From assembly GCA_041485465.1 (NCBI GenBank), contig JBGPJO010000006.1, positions 1-36,183 of the forward strand: DNA of 36,183 bases, written 5' to 3'. Below, one piece after another: positions 1 through 8,413 of this stretch. The stretch is from Minisyncoccia bacterium. GTDB lineage: Bacteria; Patescibacteriota; Minisyncoccia; Phycocordibacterales; JAKFXT01. How positions within the stretch are numbered: position 1 is the stretch's first letter; the number at the start of each line of letters is the position of its first letter. Both the position numbers and the translations under genes were made by a program. The notes under the pieces are model-generated. The model was given only the letters and a program-made list of their open reading frames with translations, made no database searches and was not told the origin of the DNA.

Positions 1-928
1 AGCGTCCACTCGACCAGCTCCCCGTCAATTTCAAACCTTCAGGGCTGAATATAAAACGACGGAGTGGAAAGTCAGCGTTGTCCTTTTTATATTCGTTTAC
101 CTTGCGCCCTTTGTTTTTGAGTACACGCTGTACCTGCTCGAATAGGGCATCACTCACTATGGCCTCGAACAAACCCCTGTGGCTCTCCCCAAACTTCTCT
201 ATAAGGCGCGTATAAAGCCTATTACGCAACATTTCGCGAAAGTATTGGCTAGAGACAGGCTTACCACCCTTCACTTTCAAACCTTCTTTTACCATCCTGC
301 GCCAAACATCCTCCGTGGTGTATAAACCAGTGGCAACAAGCTGAAAGCTCTTTAGCACAAGGGGGGCCATTTCATTCGGCGCAATAGTAGGCTTGCCATT
401 TAACTGTGCTCCGTTTGAGTAACCAACTGGGGCTCCCCATACATATCGTCCATCGCGCACCGCTTCGCGCATACCGTTGGAGCATCTCTCGGCGCGTACG
501 TCGTTATCAAACTGGGCAATGTTTGCCATCGTATTTTCCATAAAGCGTCCAACAGGCGTATCTTCAATATTTTCTGATGTAGATTTTATTGCTACTCCAT
601 AACGCTTCAACAAGATACGGAGCTGGCTGTAGTCATCGGTTTTACGAGCGAGACGGTCTATCCTGTAAATAATGACTGCCGAGATGCCATTTTTCTTTTG
701 AGTGCAGTAAGCGAGCATTTTTTGGAGTTGTGTGCGGTTTGCTGTCTTTGCACTTTCGCCGCGCTCAATAAACACATCAGCCACATCGTAGCCATTTTTA
801 CTCGCGTACTCGCGGCAAGCTTTCTCCTGTGTGGCTAGAGAGTTGCCTTCTTCCGCTTGCTCTTTGGTGGAGACGCGCACGTAAATAATGACTCGTTTAT
901 TATTTGACTGGTTGTTTAATGGGCTCAT
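1..928 (-). CDS. Large serine recombinase (resolvase + recombinase domains), 3' end runs off the window
   Basis: Manual translation from ATG at 928: MSPLNNQSNNKRVIIYVRVSTKEQAEEGNSLATQEKAC... with catalytic YxRVS, then GESAKT, IYRIDRLAR, IAQFDND, GAPVGY and a recombinase-domain LRNRLY...EAIVSDALFEQVQ segment. Absent from the ORF track because there is no stop codon in the window. Confidence 0.95.
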   Translation of the reverse strand, partial: MSPLNNQSNNKRVIIYVRVSTKEQAEEGNSLATQEKACREYASKNGYDVADVFIERGESAKTANRTQLQKMLAYCTQKKNGISAVIIYRIDRLARKTDDYSQLRILLKRYGVAIKSTSENIEDTPVGRFMENTMANIAQFDNDVRAERCSNGMREAVRDGRYVWGAPVGYSNGAQLNGKPTIAPNEMAPLVLKSFQLVATGLYTTEDVWRRMVKEGLKVKGGKPVSSQYFREMLRNRLYTRLIEKFGESHRGLFEAIVSDALFEQVQRVLKNKGRKVNEYKKDNADFPLRRFIFSPEGLKLTGSWSSGR

Positions 929-1061
929 ACTTTTTTTGCTCTAAATAGGCTTCTACAAGCACTTTTGCTAGATATGCCAAAGCCTCATCTTCACGACTAA
1001 TTATACCGCCCTCGTGGGCAGGTAATTTATCGCTATCGGGCTGTTGATTGCGTGGGTGCAC
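900..1061 (-). CDS. Small hypothetical protein (53 aa) overlapping the recombinase start
   Basis: GTG at 1061 to TAA at 900-902: VHPRNQQPDSDKLPAHEGGIISREDEALAYLAKVLVEAYLEQKKYEPIKQPVK; amphipathic helix; below the ORF-track size cutoff. Confidence 0.45.
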   Translation of the reverse strand: MHPRNQQPDSDKLPAHEGGIISREDEALAYLAKVLVEAYLEQKKYEPIKQPVK

Positions 1062-1080
1062 GCGAGCGCGGGTTACTAAT

Positions 1081-1159
1081 AAAGCCCGCTCTTAGCTTGG
1101 CAGGTACCCTTGCAAGGCGACCCGCAAAGCTAAGAAGGGGCTTTGCTACGTGCAAGGGT
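1081..1159 (-). promoter_or_regulatory. Long hairpin with alternative or pseudoknot pairing in the recombinase leader
   Basis: AAAGCCC 1081-1087 / GGGCTTT 1138-1144; TCTTAGCTT 1090-1098 / AAGCTAAGA 1127-1135; apical ACCCTTGCA 1106-1114 is complementary to TGCAAGGGT 1151-1159. Confidence 0.6.
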
Positions 1160-1168
1160 TTTAGAGCC

Positions 1169-1198
1169 AAACAAAAAGAGCCTCGGGAGAAGGAGGCT
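1169..1198 (-). terminator. Putative intrinsic terminator or attenuator
   Basis: AGCCTC 1179-1184 / GAGGCT 1193-1198, followed on the minus strand by a T-rich tract. Confidence 0.5.
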
Positions 1199-1210
1199 TA
1201 GCTCTTAAAC

Positions 1211-1238
1211 GAAAAAGAGAAAAGCCTCTCAGCTTTTC
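1211..1238 (-). terminator. Putative intrinsic terminator or attenuator
   Basis: GAAAAGC 1219-1225 / GCTTTTC 1232-1238, followed on the minus strand by TCTTTTT. Confidence 0.5.
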
Positions 1239-1309
1239 CCGTGCGCTAGACGGAGGATTTTCACCCGGCCCTTTTCAGGGACGCGAACCTTTACAGGTAC
1301 TTACTCTAT

Positions 1310-1337
1310 ATTTTATCTCGGTAATGACATTTGGCAA
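1310..1337 (-). promoter_or_regulatory. Putative sigma70 promoter reading toward the recombinase
   Basis: Minus strand TTGCCA-N16-TAAAAT. Confidence 0.55.
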
Positions 1338-1389
1338 GTGTTTGGGCCTAGATTCCCATTTTTAAAAACTCGTGGTACTGTAACGACAC

Positions 1390-1585
1390 AACTGAATATG
1401 AAGCCGAAAGGCTAGTACCTAAACCGAAGACCTTCCGTCCTTGGCATGGTGCGAAATCGTTACGCACAGAAAACCCGTCATTTAGGGCGTGCGTAACGTT
1501 ATAGGGGGAAACTCCTATAGGGTCGCAAGACCTCCTAGTGGCGGGCTTTATGTTTGCAAAGCCAGCCACGTTTATCCATTCAGAC
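1390..1585 (+). ncRNA. Candidate highly structured ncRNA or leader RNA (multi-way junction), family not recognised
   Basis: Closing stem CTGAAT-ATGAA / TTTAT-cc-ATTCAG; hairpins GCC-GAAA-GGC, GTACC...GGTGC with CCTAAAC/GCATGG receptor-like loop, CGTTACGCAC/GTGCGTAACG, TATAGGGG-GAAA-CTCCTATA, GGTC-GCAA-GACC, GTGGC-GGCTTT/AAAGCC-GCCAC; upstream extended -10-like TGGTACTGT at 1373-1381. Confidence 0.7.
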
Positions 1586-1592
1586 GTATTTT

Positions 1593-1997
1593 ATGAATCG
1601 AAAAACTTGGTTTAGAAGAATTTGTGTAGGAGTAATTAGTCTTTTTGTATTTCTACCTTCTTTCGCTTTTGCCAAAACATGGACTACACCTTCAGGGGTG
1701 ATAGTGGATGATAATGGTCAAATTGTCTCCATTCCTTTAGAGGTGCAAATCAAGCTATTGCAGCAACAAATTTCTTCTCTTCAAGCCAAACTGGAGCAAA
1801 AAAATAAACGAGCTGAACCAAAAATTGTAGGCTCCATTGGAAATCTGGATGTATATCAGGATTTATTTGGTTTTTATATAGTAAATCCAACAACAGGGTG
1901 TAAATCACAAGTAAGGAAATCAGTGTCATCTGGGATTGAAGGTACCGGATGGAGATTCAGTGGTTATACTTCTTCGTGCCCTGAGAAAAAGAAATGA
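1593..1997 (+). CDS. Secreted hypothetical protein (signal peptide, short coiled coil, Cys pair)
   Basis: ATG at 1593 preferred over TTG 1554; MNRKTWFRR plus hydrophobic core ending AFA; LEVQIKLLQQQISSLQAKLEQ coiled coil. Confidence 0.75.
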   Translation: MNRKTWFRRICVGVISLFVFLPSFAFAKTWTTPSGVIVDDNGQIVSIPLEVQIKLLQQQISSLQAKLEQKNKRAEPKIVGSIGNLDVYQDLFGFYIVNPTTGCKSQVRKSVSSGIEGTGWRFSGYTSSCPEKKK

Positions 1998-1998
1998 A

Positions 1999-2217
1999 AT
2001 GTATATAACCTTTGATGGCTCTTTTGTGATGAGTGAACTAATGACAAGAACTTTTGTTGTTATCTACGTTGTATTATTTTTTGGATTTTGGATTTATCTC
2101 ACTAAAAAGAAAGGGTGGGCCTTTGAATGGGGTTTTTGCGGTGCCGGATTAATCGCTGGATTAATAACGGTATTTGTTCTGGAAGTAATAAAGTATATCT
2201 ATACCGGCGAGCTTTAA
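1999..2217 (+). CDS. Small two-TM membrane protein
   Basis: ATG at 1999, just after the upstream stop; two hydrophobic segments. Confidence 0.6.
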   Translation: MYITFDGSFVMSELMTRTFVVIYVVLFFGFWIYLTKKKGWAFEWGFCGAGLIAGLITVFVLEVIKYIYTGEL

Positions 2218-2302
2218 AAACGTAAGTTTGGTAGAACTGTACATCGAAAGAGAACACGGAAACAAAACTTGTGCAAAGAAAGGGGAAGAGTACAATACGG
2301 CC

Positions 2303-2920
2303 ATGCTTATATCAAATAGGGGCTTCCGAGCATTTACAGAGTACGACTTAGATGCAAATCTTCAAAACTTTATCACTCAACTCCGCAAAGAGATTGAGGC
2401 TGATTCAAGCATTACCACCACTGACGAAGAAGAGTATGTGCGACAAAAAGTAGTAGCAAAAACTTTAACGGGTATCGAGTTCGACACCTCCAATATCGCT
2501 GTCACACAACGCGAGGAAGAAATACCTTCTCGGTATTTCCCTAGCGGCTTTATGATAGATGAGGGGGAATCATACCCTAAGCCGATAATTACTTTTCATA
2601 TTCCGTTTACAGGGGATGAACAATTTCTTCACTGCAAGCCATCAACCATGCTTATGGTTTCAGATGAAGTAGATGTTGAAAGTGGTCATGTGATTTTCGA
2701 CATAATTAATTTCAGTAACAACGCCGAACAAGTTGCAAAACAGCGTGATGAGGTTGTTGGACATCTTACACAGAAAGCTGGTTTCTTAAATAAGGACATA
2801 GTGGCATACAACGGCCGTCTCGAGGGCATCGTACGGGATGCATTGAGAAATGCAAAAACCAAACATAAAGACCAGTCTGATTTTCTCGGCAAGCTTGGTA
2901 ATAAACCGAAGAATGGCTAA
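2303..2920 (+). CDS. Hypothetical protein with IPFTGD motif and helical C-terminus
   Basis: ATG 2303 lies 6 nt after TTGTGC-N16-TACAAT; overlaps the next gene by 8 nt. Confidence 0.75.
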   Translation: MLISNRGFRAFTEYDLDANLQNFITQLRKEIEADSSITTTDEEEYVRQKVVAKTLTGIEFDTSNIAVTQREEEIPSRYFPSGFMIDEGESYPKPIITFHIPFTGDEQFLHCKPSTMLMVSDEVDVESGHVIFDIINFSNNAEQVAKQRDEVVGHLTQKAGFLNKDIVAYNGRLEGIVRDALRNAKTKHKDQSDFLGKLGNKPKNG

Positions 2921-3779
2921 AAAGGATGTATCGGTGGACGAGAACCTCCTTGTAGAGGTAAACGGTGTTGTGCTTAGCAAAGAACAACAAGCTGTTTTGG
3001 AGCAAATAACTGGAGGAAATTGGAAAAAGTATGGTCGCGTGGCTATGGCAGCTATGGGCGCGTTGCCTTGGGTAGGAAGTATTATGGGTGCAGCCGCGAC
3101 GCTTTCAGCCGAGAACGAGCAAGGGAAAACTAATCACTTACTTTATTTATGGGTACAAGAGCATGAGGACAAGTTGCGGGCATTAATTGCCACTATGCAA
3201 AGTATCTTCGCCCGGCTGGAAACGTTCGGAGACGACATTCAAGCTCGGATTGAATCGCCGGAGTACTTGAACCTTGTACGCGAAACTTTTAGGATTTGGG
3301 ACGAAGCAGAGACGGGTGAGAAACGGGATATGCTCCGCAAGCTCATTACAAACGCGGGCGGTGTAAAGATTGTGCAAGACGATATAGTTCGTCTATTTTT
3401 GGATTTCTTGGAGAAGTTCCATGAGCTGCATTTTGCTGTGATACGAGAGATTTACGCCAAGCCGAGGATTACGCGAGGTGAGATTTGGGAGAACCTCGAC
3501 GAAGAGGACGCAGAAGAGTTCCCTAGAGAGGATTCTTCAAAAGCCGACCTCTTTAAACTTCTTATTATTGATTTAAGCACTGGTCTTGTTGTCCGTCAGG
3601 CGAGAATTACAGACGCCCACGGAAATTGGCAAAAGCAACCCGCTAGACGCAGGACTCGTGGAGGGGCGACAACGTCGGCATTCGATAGAGAGAAGGAGTA
3701 CGTCCTTACTGAGCTCGGAGCTGAATTTGTCCACTATGTAATGGAAGACCTTGCTCCCCAGTTAGGAAGTGGTAATTAA
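2913..3779 (+). CDS. Hypothetical protein, Abi-alpha/DUF4393-like
   Basis: ATG 2913 (MAKKDV); ALPWVGS, ESPEYLNLV...EKRDMLRKLITNA, LFLDFLEKF and terminal LTELGAEFV resemble Abi-alpha-type proteins. Family call from memory. Confidence 0.55.
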   Translation: MAKKDVSVDENLLVEVNGVVLSKEQQAVLEQITGGNWKKYGRVAMAAMGALPWVGSIMGAAATLSAENEQGKTNHLLYLWVQEHEDKLRALIATMQSIFARLETFGDDIQARIESPEYLNLVRETFRIWDEAETGEKRDMLRKLITNAGGVKIVQDDIVRLFLDFLEKFHELHFAVIREIYAKPRITRGEIWENLDEEDAEEFPREDSSKADLFKLLIIDLSTGLVVRQARITDAHGNWQKQPARRRTRGGATTSAFDREKEYVLTELGAEFVHYVMEDLAPQLGSGN

Positions 3780-4291
3780 GGTAATACTTCCGGTATATCA
3801 GCTCTGGTGATGCCAGCATGTTTGATGATTGCCCACTTTGTCTCAGTAGAGATGTACGGCTTACGGATAAGGCGTGATAGAGTTCGTGCCTTTCTGTTTG
3901 GTTGATGATAACCAAGCCGACAGCAAACACGACATAACGGCGAACGCAATGTGCTCTGTTCATACAAATACTTTACCCGCTTCTGACAGCCATTACAGAT
4001 AAAATACCAATTAAAGCCTTTACCTCGGCCAAGATTTGAAGGTACAAGAGCAAGTTTTTGCTGTCCCCAAAAGTATTCACCCGTCTGCATATCTCGGAGG
4101 GATTTTGATGACGTATTTTCAGACACATGTAGCAATTCTTGTAGATGTAAGGCTTCGCCAAGGTGATGGCCGCGAATAGTCCTGCCTTGTGTTTGTTCAA
4201 TGTGCCTAGTGAAAGCTCTGACATAGTCACTTGTGTTGATACGAGGTAAATCTTCGGAGAACCTGAGAGATGTATGTATGCTGGTGTACAT
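3776..4291 (-). CDS. Zn-finger hypothetical protein typical of mobile elements
   Basis: WYFICNGCQKRVKYLY...LCRVCCRLGYHQ provides two CxxC pairs. Confidence 0.75.
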   Translation of the reverse strand: MYTSIHTSLRFSEDLPRINTSDYVRAFTRHIEQTQGRTIRGHHLGEALHLQELLHVSENTSSKSLRDMQTGEYFWGQQKLALVPSNLGRGKGFNWYFICNGCQKRVKYLYEQSTLRSPLCRVCCRLGYHQPNRKARTLSRLIRKPYISTETKWAIIKHAGITRADIPEVLP

Positions 4292-4307
4292 AAACGCTAG
4301 TGAATCT

Positions 4308-4805
4308 CTAAGTCCGCGAGCCTGTTTCTTGTTCGTACACTTTCATATAAACCTTGCAGTCGAGACAATGTCGGAGCAGGTTGCTATGAGCGTGGGGGCA
4401 GGATTGTCCTCCATTTCCATATTCCCAACGCTCCTCGTACAGTTCAGGCCCGGTAAGCGTTGAGGCTCTTAATATGGCCTTTTCTGCTTGTGCCTTGTCC
4501 TTCATCATGGGGAGGGCAATATAAAGATTAGTCCATGGAGCTTCGCGGAGTGTTTCCTTAGGAAATCCCAGCTCTATGACGATACGCTTGTAGAGAGTGC
4601 AGAGCTTCGATGCGGTGCCTTTCTTCATCCCCATTTCTTCTAGAAACTCTTCCCAAGATGACCACCTTCCTCTCCACTTTTCTTCGGAGCGGATATTCCA
4701 GAGTCGCTCGGCAATTCCTACCATGCTCTCCCGATAGAACTGAATCGTATCAGCACAGTATTCCTGTTGGTTTATGATATTTTTTTCTTCTAATTTATTT
4801 TGCAT
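4308..4805 (-). CDS. Phage-like helical or DNA-binding hypothetical protein
   Basis: IAERLWNIR...WSSWEEFLEEMGMKKGTASKL resembles phage DUF3102-like proteins; C-terminal CPH...HCLDC possible metal site. Confidence 0.65.
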   Translation of the reverse strand: MQNKLEEKNIINQQEYCADTIQFYRESMVGIAERLWNIRSEEKWRGRWSSWEEFLEEMGMKKGTASKLCTLYKRIVIELGFPKETLREAPWTNLYIALPMMKDKAQAEKAILRASTLTGPELYEERWEYGNGGQSCPHAHSNLLRHCLDCKVYMKVYEQETGSRT

Positions 4806-4954
4806 ATAAGTTCTAATTTATTCGGGTAGTTATACAAGCACAAAATCGCCCTCGATAAGTAGGCTTTTTTCACTGTCTTGTAATATATCGCTAAGTTGGG
4901 CACACTCTAGAGCAAAGCGGTTCCAAAACGCTAAACTGGAGTCCACAAAATTAT

Positions 4955-5293
4955 ATGGAAGATCTCACCAAGAAAAAATGTGTACCATGTGAAGGAGGAG
5001 TTCCTTCATTTGAACCAAAACACGCTGACGAATATCTGCGCTACACCTCCGGCTGGAAAACCGTGGATTACAAAAGTATTGAGCGCGAATTTTTTTTCAA
5101 AGATTTCAAAGAGGCGATGGCTTTCATAAATAAAGTGGCGAAAATCGCTGAATCCGAAGGTCATCATCCCGATACCTATATTTTCTATAACAAAGTTCGC
5201 CTCGCGAATTCGACTCATGCCATCTCCGGCTTGTCCGAAAACGATTTTATTTTGGCTGCCAAAATAAACAAGCTTGTGCCTTTTGCTTCCTGA
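4955..5293 (+). CDS. phhB: Pterin-4-alpha-carbinolamine dehydratase (PCD/PhhB family)
   Basis: LTKKKCVPCEGG, FKDFKEAMAFINKVA, AESEGHHPD, THAISGLSENDFILAAKI. Confidence 0.92.
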   Translation: MEDLTKKKCVPCEGGVPSFEPKHADEYLRYTSGWKTVDYKSIEREFFFKDFKEAMAFINKVAKIAESEGHHPDTYIFYNKVRLANSTHAISGLSENDFILAAKINKLVPFAS

Positions 5294-5356
5294 AAATTCA
5301 GCGGTAAATAAAAAGGGTCCACCTTGAGTTTTCCCATACGTTATAATAGAGGAAAC

Positions 5357-6121
5357 ATGGAATCTTTTGAGCTCATTGCTTTTGATGTTGATGGAACTCT
5401 TACTTCGAGTAAAATGCCTCTTGATTCTGAAATGGCGCGCCTTTTATGCGATCTATCGTTACAGAAAAAAATTGCTGCAACTTCCGGGGCTTCATTCGGG
5501 CAATTTGAAAAACAGTTTTTGCCTTATCTATCATGTGGTTCAGAGTCGTTGAGGAATCTTTATTTATTACCAACGAATGGAGCGAGTCTCTATCAATACG
5601 GGGACGATGGGCATTCCTGGAGGGCAATGTACGATCACACACTATCTGAGAGCGAGAAGAAAGAAATATTTGAGGGCTTTGAAAAAGCATTTAAGAATAC
5701 TCATTTCAAAAAAACTGAAATCATCTACGGAGTTCTTCTCGAAGATCGTGGTAGTCAAATAACGTTCTCTGGGCTTGGCAGTACCGCCCCTCTTTCTCTT
5801 AAGGAGGAGTGGGATCTTGAAAGAACAAAAAGGACACCTATCGCTAATGAACTTCGCATAGTATTACCCGGATATAGCATCAGTATAGGCGGAACAACGT
5901 CTATAGATGTCACGAAGAAAGGAATTGATAAGGCATACGGACTGAAGAGCCTTATGAAATATCTCAATCTTTCCAAAGAGAAGGTATTGTATGTTGGGGA
6001 CGCTTTATTTCCTGGGGGAAATGATGCTGTTGTCATACCGGTTGGGGTCACCTGTCAGCCAGTAAAAAACCTTGAGGAAACGAAAAGACTTATCCGCAGT
6101 CTCTTACTCAAAATGGCCTGA
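5357..6121 (+). CDS. HAD-IIB hydrolase, phosphomannomutase (PMM/Sec53-like)
   Basis: Motif I FDVDGTL, EDRGSQITFS, IGGTTSIDVT, GIDKAYG, VGDALFPGGND; ATG 5357 follows TATAAT 5342-5347. Confidence 0.85.
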   Translation: MESFELIAFDVDGTLTSSKMPLDSEMARLLCDLSLQKKIAATSGASFGQFEKQFLPYLSCGSESLRNLYLLPTNGASLYQYGDDGHSWRAMYDHTLSESEKKEIFEGFEKAFKNTHFKKTEIIYGVLLEDRGSQITFSGLGSTAPLSLKEEWDLERTKRTPIANELRIVLPGYSISIGGTTSIDVTKKGIDKAYGLKSLMKYLNLSKEKVLYVGDALFPGGNDAVVIPVGVTCQPVKNLEETKRLIRSLLLKMA

Positions 6122-6142
6122 ATTCTAGGGTAGAATAGAGAT

Positions 6143-6493
6143 ATGTCATTCGAAAAACCTTTTACGGAAAAAAGGCCGTGGGGGGAGTTTAGGCAATTTG
6201 CAAAAAATGAACCCGTCACCGTTAAAACTATTTTTGTAAAACACGGAGAAAGTTTAAGTCTTCAGTATCACCACGGTCGGCAGGAATTTTGGAGAGTACT
6301 TTTCGGGAATCCCGAAATAATTATCGGCGAAAGTCTTATTAAGGCGAAAAAGGGAGATGAATTTACTATTTTACCAGAAACCAAGCATCGGCTATCCGCC
6401 CCAGAAGACAATGTTGAGATTCTTGAGATCGCCCGGGGCCAGTTTGACGAAAGCGATGTAGTTCGCCTTGAAGACAAGTATCATCGTATATAA
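6143..6493 (+). CDS. Stand-alone cupin, mannose-6-phosphate isomerase type II C-terminal domain
   Basis: RPWGEF, SLSLQYHHGRQEFW, KHRLS, EIARG...ESDVVRLEDKY. Confidence 0.88.
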   Translation: MSFEKPFTEKRPWGEFRQFAKNEPVTVKTIFVKHGESLSLQYHHGRQEFWRVLFGNPEIIIGESLIKAKKGDEFTILPETKHRLSAPEDNVEILEIARGQFDESDVVRLEDKYHRI

Positions 6494-6508
6494 ATAAAGA
6501 AAGTATTT

Positions 6509-8410
6509 ATGCCCACAACGGCTCGCAAAACCCGCAAAAAGAAAGAGAGGGTATTAACAGAGCCCCTCACCGTCGGGCACTATCGTGGTAGCACCTTTCT
6601 TTTATACCGAGAGGTTGAAAAAGAAAAACCGGAACTTTTTTTTCTTGGGAGCCGGACCGGCAAAACTTTTTCAGGCAAGCCGCAGAAGATAAAATTACGA
6701 TACTCTAATAAAGTTTCTGAGGACATCTCACAGTGCCGAGACTTTCGTTTTTTTGGAAATAATGATGATATCATTTTGACTTACATTCGTGATCGTGAAT
6801 TTGGTCCGTCACTATGCTATGCGGCAACAAAAGATAGGAAAAACTGGATTGTCGGCGGAGAAATAGAAAAAATAAATACTCCATCAGTCTTGGTACCAGA
6901 ACTTGAAAGTGGCGCCGGTGATACGATTTATTTTGGCGGTGATGTTTTAAGAACTGCAGTTTCGAAAAATGTCCGCAATTGGAGTATTGTCGAACCCGCT
7001 CGAGTACCGTATTGGCACTTTTTTAATGGGGAACCCTTTCGTGTGGCTGGTGCACTCAGTACTCCTTTAGGGATTGCAGTATTTTATGAATCGGAAATTA
7101 CTATCGATATTATCACTGATGTAAATTTGCGCGATGAAAAAGTGGGTGAAGAAAGGTTCGTAAAAATTGGCGCAGCTTTTTTTAAAGAATCAAATCCAAC
7201 AGAGCTTCTTTGGCAGACAGAACTTCCTCTTATTGAATCTCCTTTAAAAAATAATGATAGTATCAGGGTTTTTGGGATAGTACCGGTATCTGAGAAGGAA
7301 GACACCTTTCGTTTTTATGTTACGTCGTCTGAAGGAGAGATCGGTTTTTTTGAATTTACTCAGAAAATGCTTTTAGAACATCGAGAACAAAAAATACCGG
7401 CACTGAAAAAATTTTCTGGTAATCCAATTCTTGGCCCGACCAAGCACGAATGGGAATCTCATGGGGCATTTAATCCAACAGCTCTTCGGGCCGGGGGGAA
7501 GATTCACTTACTCTATCGTGCCGTCGGTCCGGAGGGCTCTTATATCGGCTATGCCTCAAGTACTGACGGACTCGGGATTGACGAGCGGTTACCAACACCA
7601 ATTTACAAGCCGACTTTTCCTTTTGAAACGCCGAATGAAGATACTATAGATGATAGATCCTCTGAGATTTTTCACTCGGGTGGCAGTTGGGGAGGATGTG
7701 AAGACCCGAAGCTTACCCAAATTGATGAGCGTATTTATATGACCTATGTAGCCCATGCCGGCTACTGGCCGATGCGCACAGCCCTTACCTCAATTCTCGT
7801 TGAAGATTTTTTGAAAAAGCGGTGGCGATGGACAAAACCAAAACTAATGTCTCCGCCAAATGTAGGAAGCAAAAGCGTAGTAATTCTTCCCGAAAAAATT
7901 AATAATCGATACGTTATTTTCCATCGAATTTGGCCGAGTATTGTTATTGATACGGTATCCGAACTCGAATTTGGAGGAGAAAAAGGTTGGCTCAAGACAG
8001 AATCGGTAATTTCGCCACGACGATCGTATTGGGATAGCCAAAAGCTCAGTATGGGTGCTGCTCCTATAAAGACCGATAAAGGCTGGCTTGCGATTTATAA
8101 TGCCGTCGATCGTTTTGATTCGTCGCGTTATAAAATAGGCGCGATGCTTTTAAAATCTGATGACCCGAAAGTTGTTTTAGCGCGGACACGGAAACCGATT
8201 CTCTCACCGGACGAATGGTATGAAAATGATGGCAAGCCCGGCATCGCTTATCCCGGAGGAGCAGTTGAGCTTAATGGCACGGTTCATGTTTATTATGGCG
8301 GCGCAGATAAGGTAAGCTGTGTGGCGACTATTCCAACCGATGAACTTTTGTGGCATCTCTTGGGAGAGAGTGATGCTCGACCAACTATTACTCCAATCAG
8401 ACTTTCATAA
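6509..8410 (+). CDS. GH130-family glycosidase/mannoside phosphorylase with degenerate N-terminal domain and intact C-terminal domain
   Basis: C-half has WESHGAFNP, LLYRA, GCEDPKL, FHR, YYGGAD; N-half lacks these motifs. Confidence 0.85.
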   Translation: MPTTARKTRKKKERVLTEPLTVGHYRGSTFLLYREVEKEKPELFFLGSRTGKTFSGKPQKIKLRYSNKVSEDISQCRDFRFFGNNDDIILTYIRDREFGPSLCYAATKDRKNWIVGGEIEKINTPSVLVPELESGAGDTIYFGGDVLRTAVSKNVRNWSIVEPARVPYWHFFNGEPFRVAGALSTPLGIAVFYESEITIDIITDVNLRDEKVGEERFVKIGAAFFKESNPTELLWQTELPLIESPLKNNDSIRVFGIVPVSEKEDTFRFYVTSSEGEIGFFEFTQKMLLEHREQKIPALKKFSGNPILGPTKHEWESHGAFNPTALRAGGKIHLLYRAVGPEGSYIGYASSTDGLGIDERLPTPIYKPTFPFETPNEDTIDDRSSEIFHSGGSWGGCEDPKLTQIDERIYMTYVAHAGYWPMRTALTSILVEDFLKKRWRWTKPKLMSPPNVGSKSVVILPEKINNRYVIFHRIWPSIVIDTVSELEFGGEKGWLKTESVISPRRSYWDSQKLSMGAAPIKTDKGWLAIYNAVDRFDSSRYKIGAMLLKSDDPKVVLARTRKPILSPDEWYENDGKPGIAYPGGAVELNGTVHVYYGGADKVSCVATIPTDELLWHLLGESDARPTITPIRLS

Positions 8411-8413
8411 ATT

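Larger units (their letters stand above)
1..4900. mobile_element. Part of an integrated element (IME or phage-satellite-like); right boundary approximate
   Basis: Serine recombinase plus hypothetical, Zn-finger, phage-like and Abi-like genes, followed by an abrupt return to metabolic genes at 4955. No att site confirmed. Confidence 0.65.

Noticed and set aside
1240-1292. FMN-riboswitch-like or tRNA-Phe-like segment on the minus strand (GTCC-CTGAAAA-GGGC, GGGTGAAAATCC)
   Set aside because: Only a short resemblance; no acceptor stem or D-arm and none of the remaining FMN stems.
1348-1569. 73-aa minus-strand ORF
   Set aside because: It is antisense to the structured RNA candidate and has no recognisable protein features.
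1390-1585. Assigning the RNA to c-di-GMP-I, raiA motif, RNase P or retron msr-msd
   Set aside because: It shares only generic parts (GNRA loop and receptor, GCATGGTGCG); the diagnostic cores are not visible and there is no reverse transcriptase in the window.
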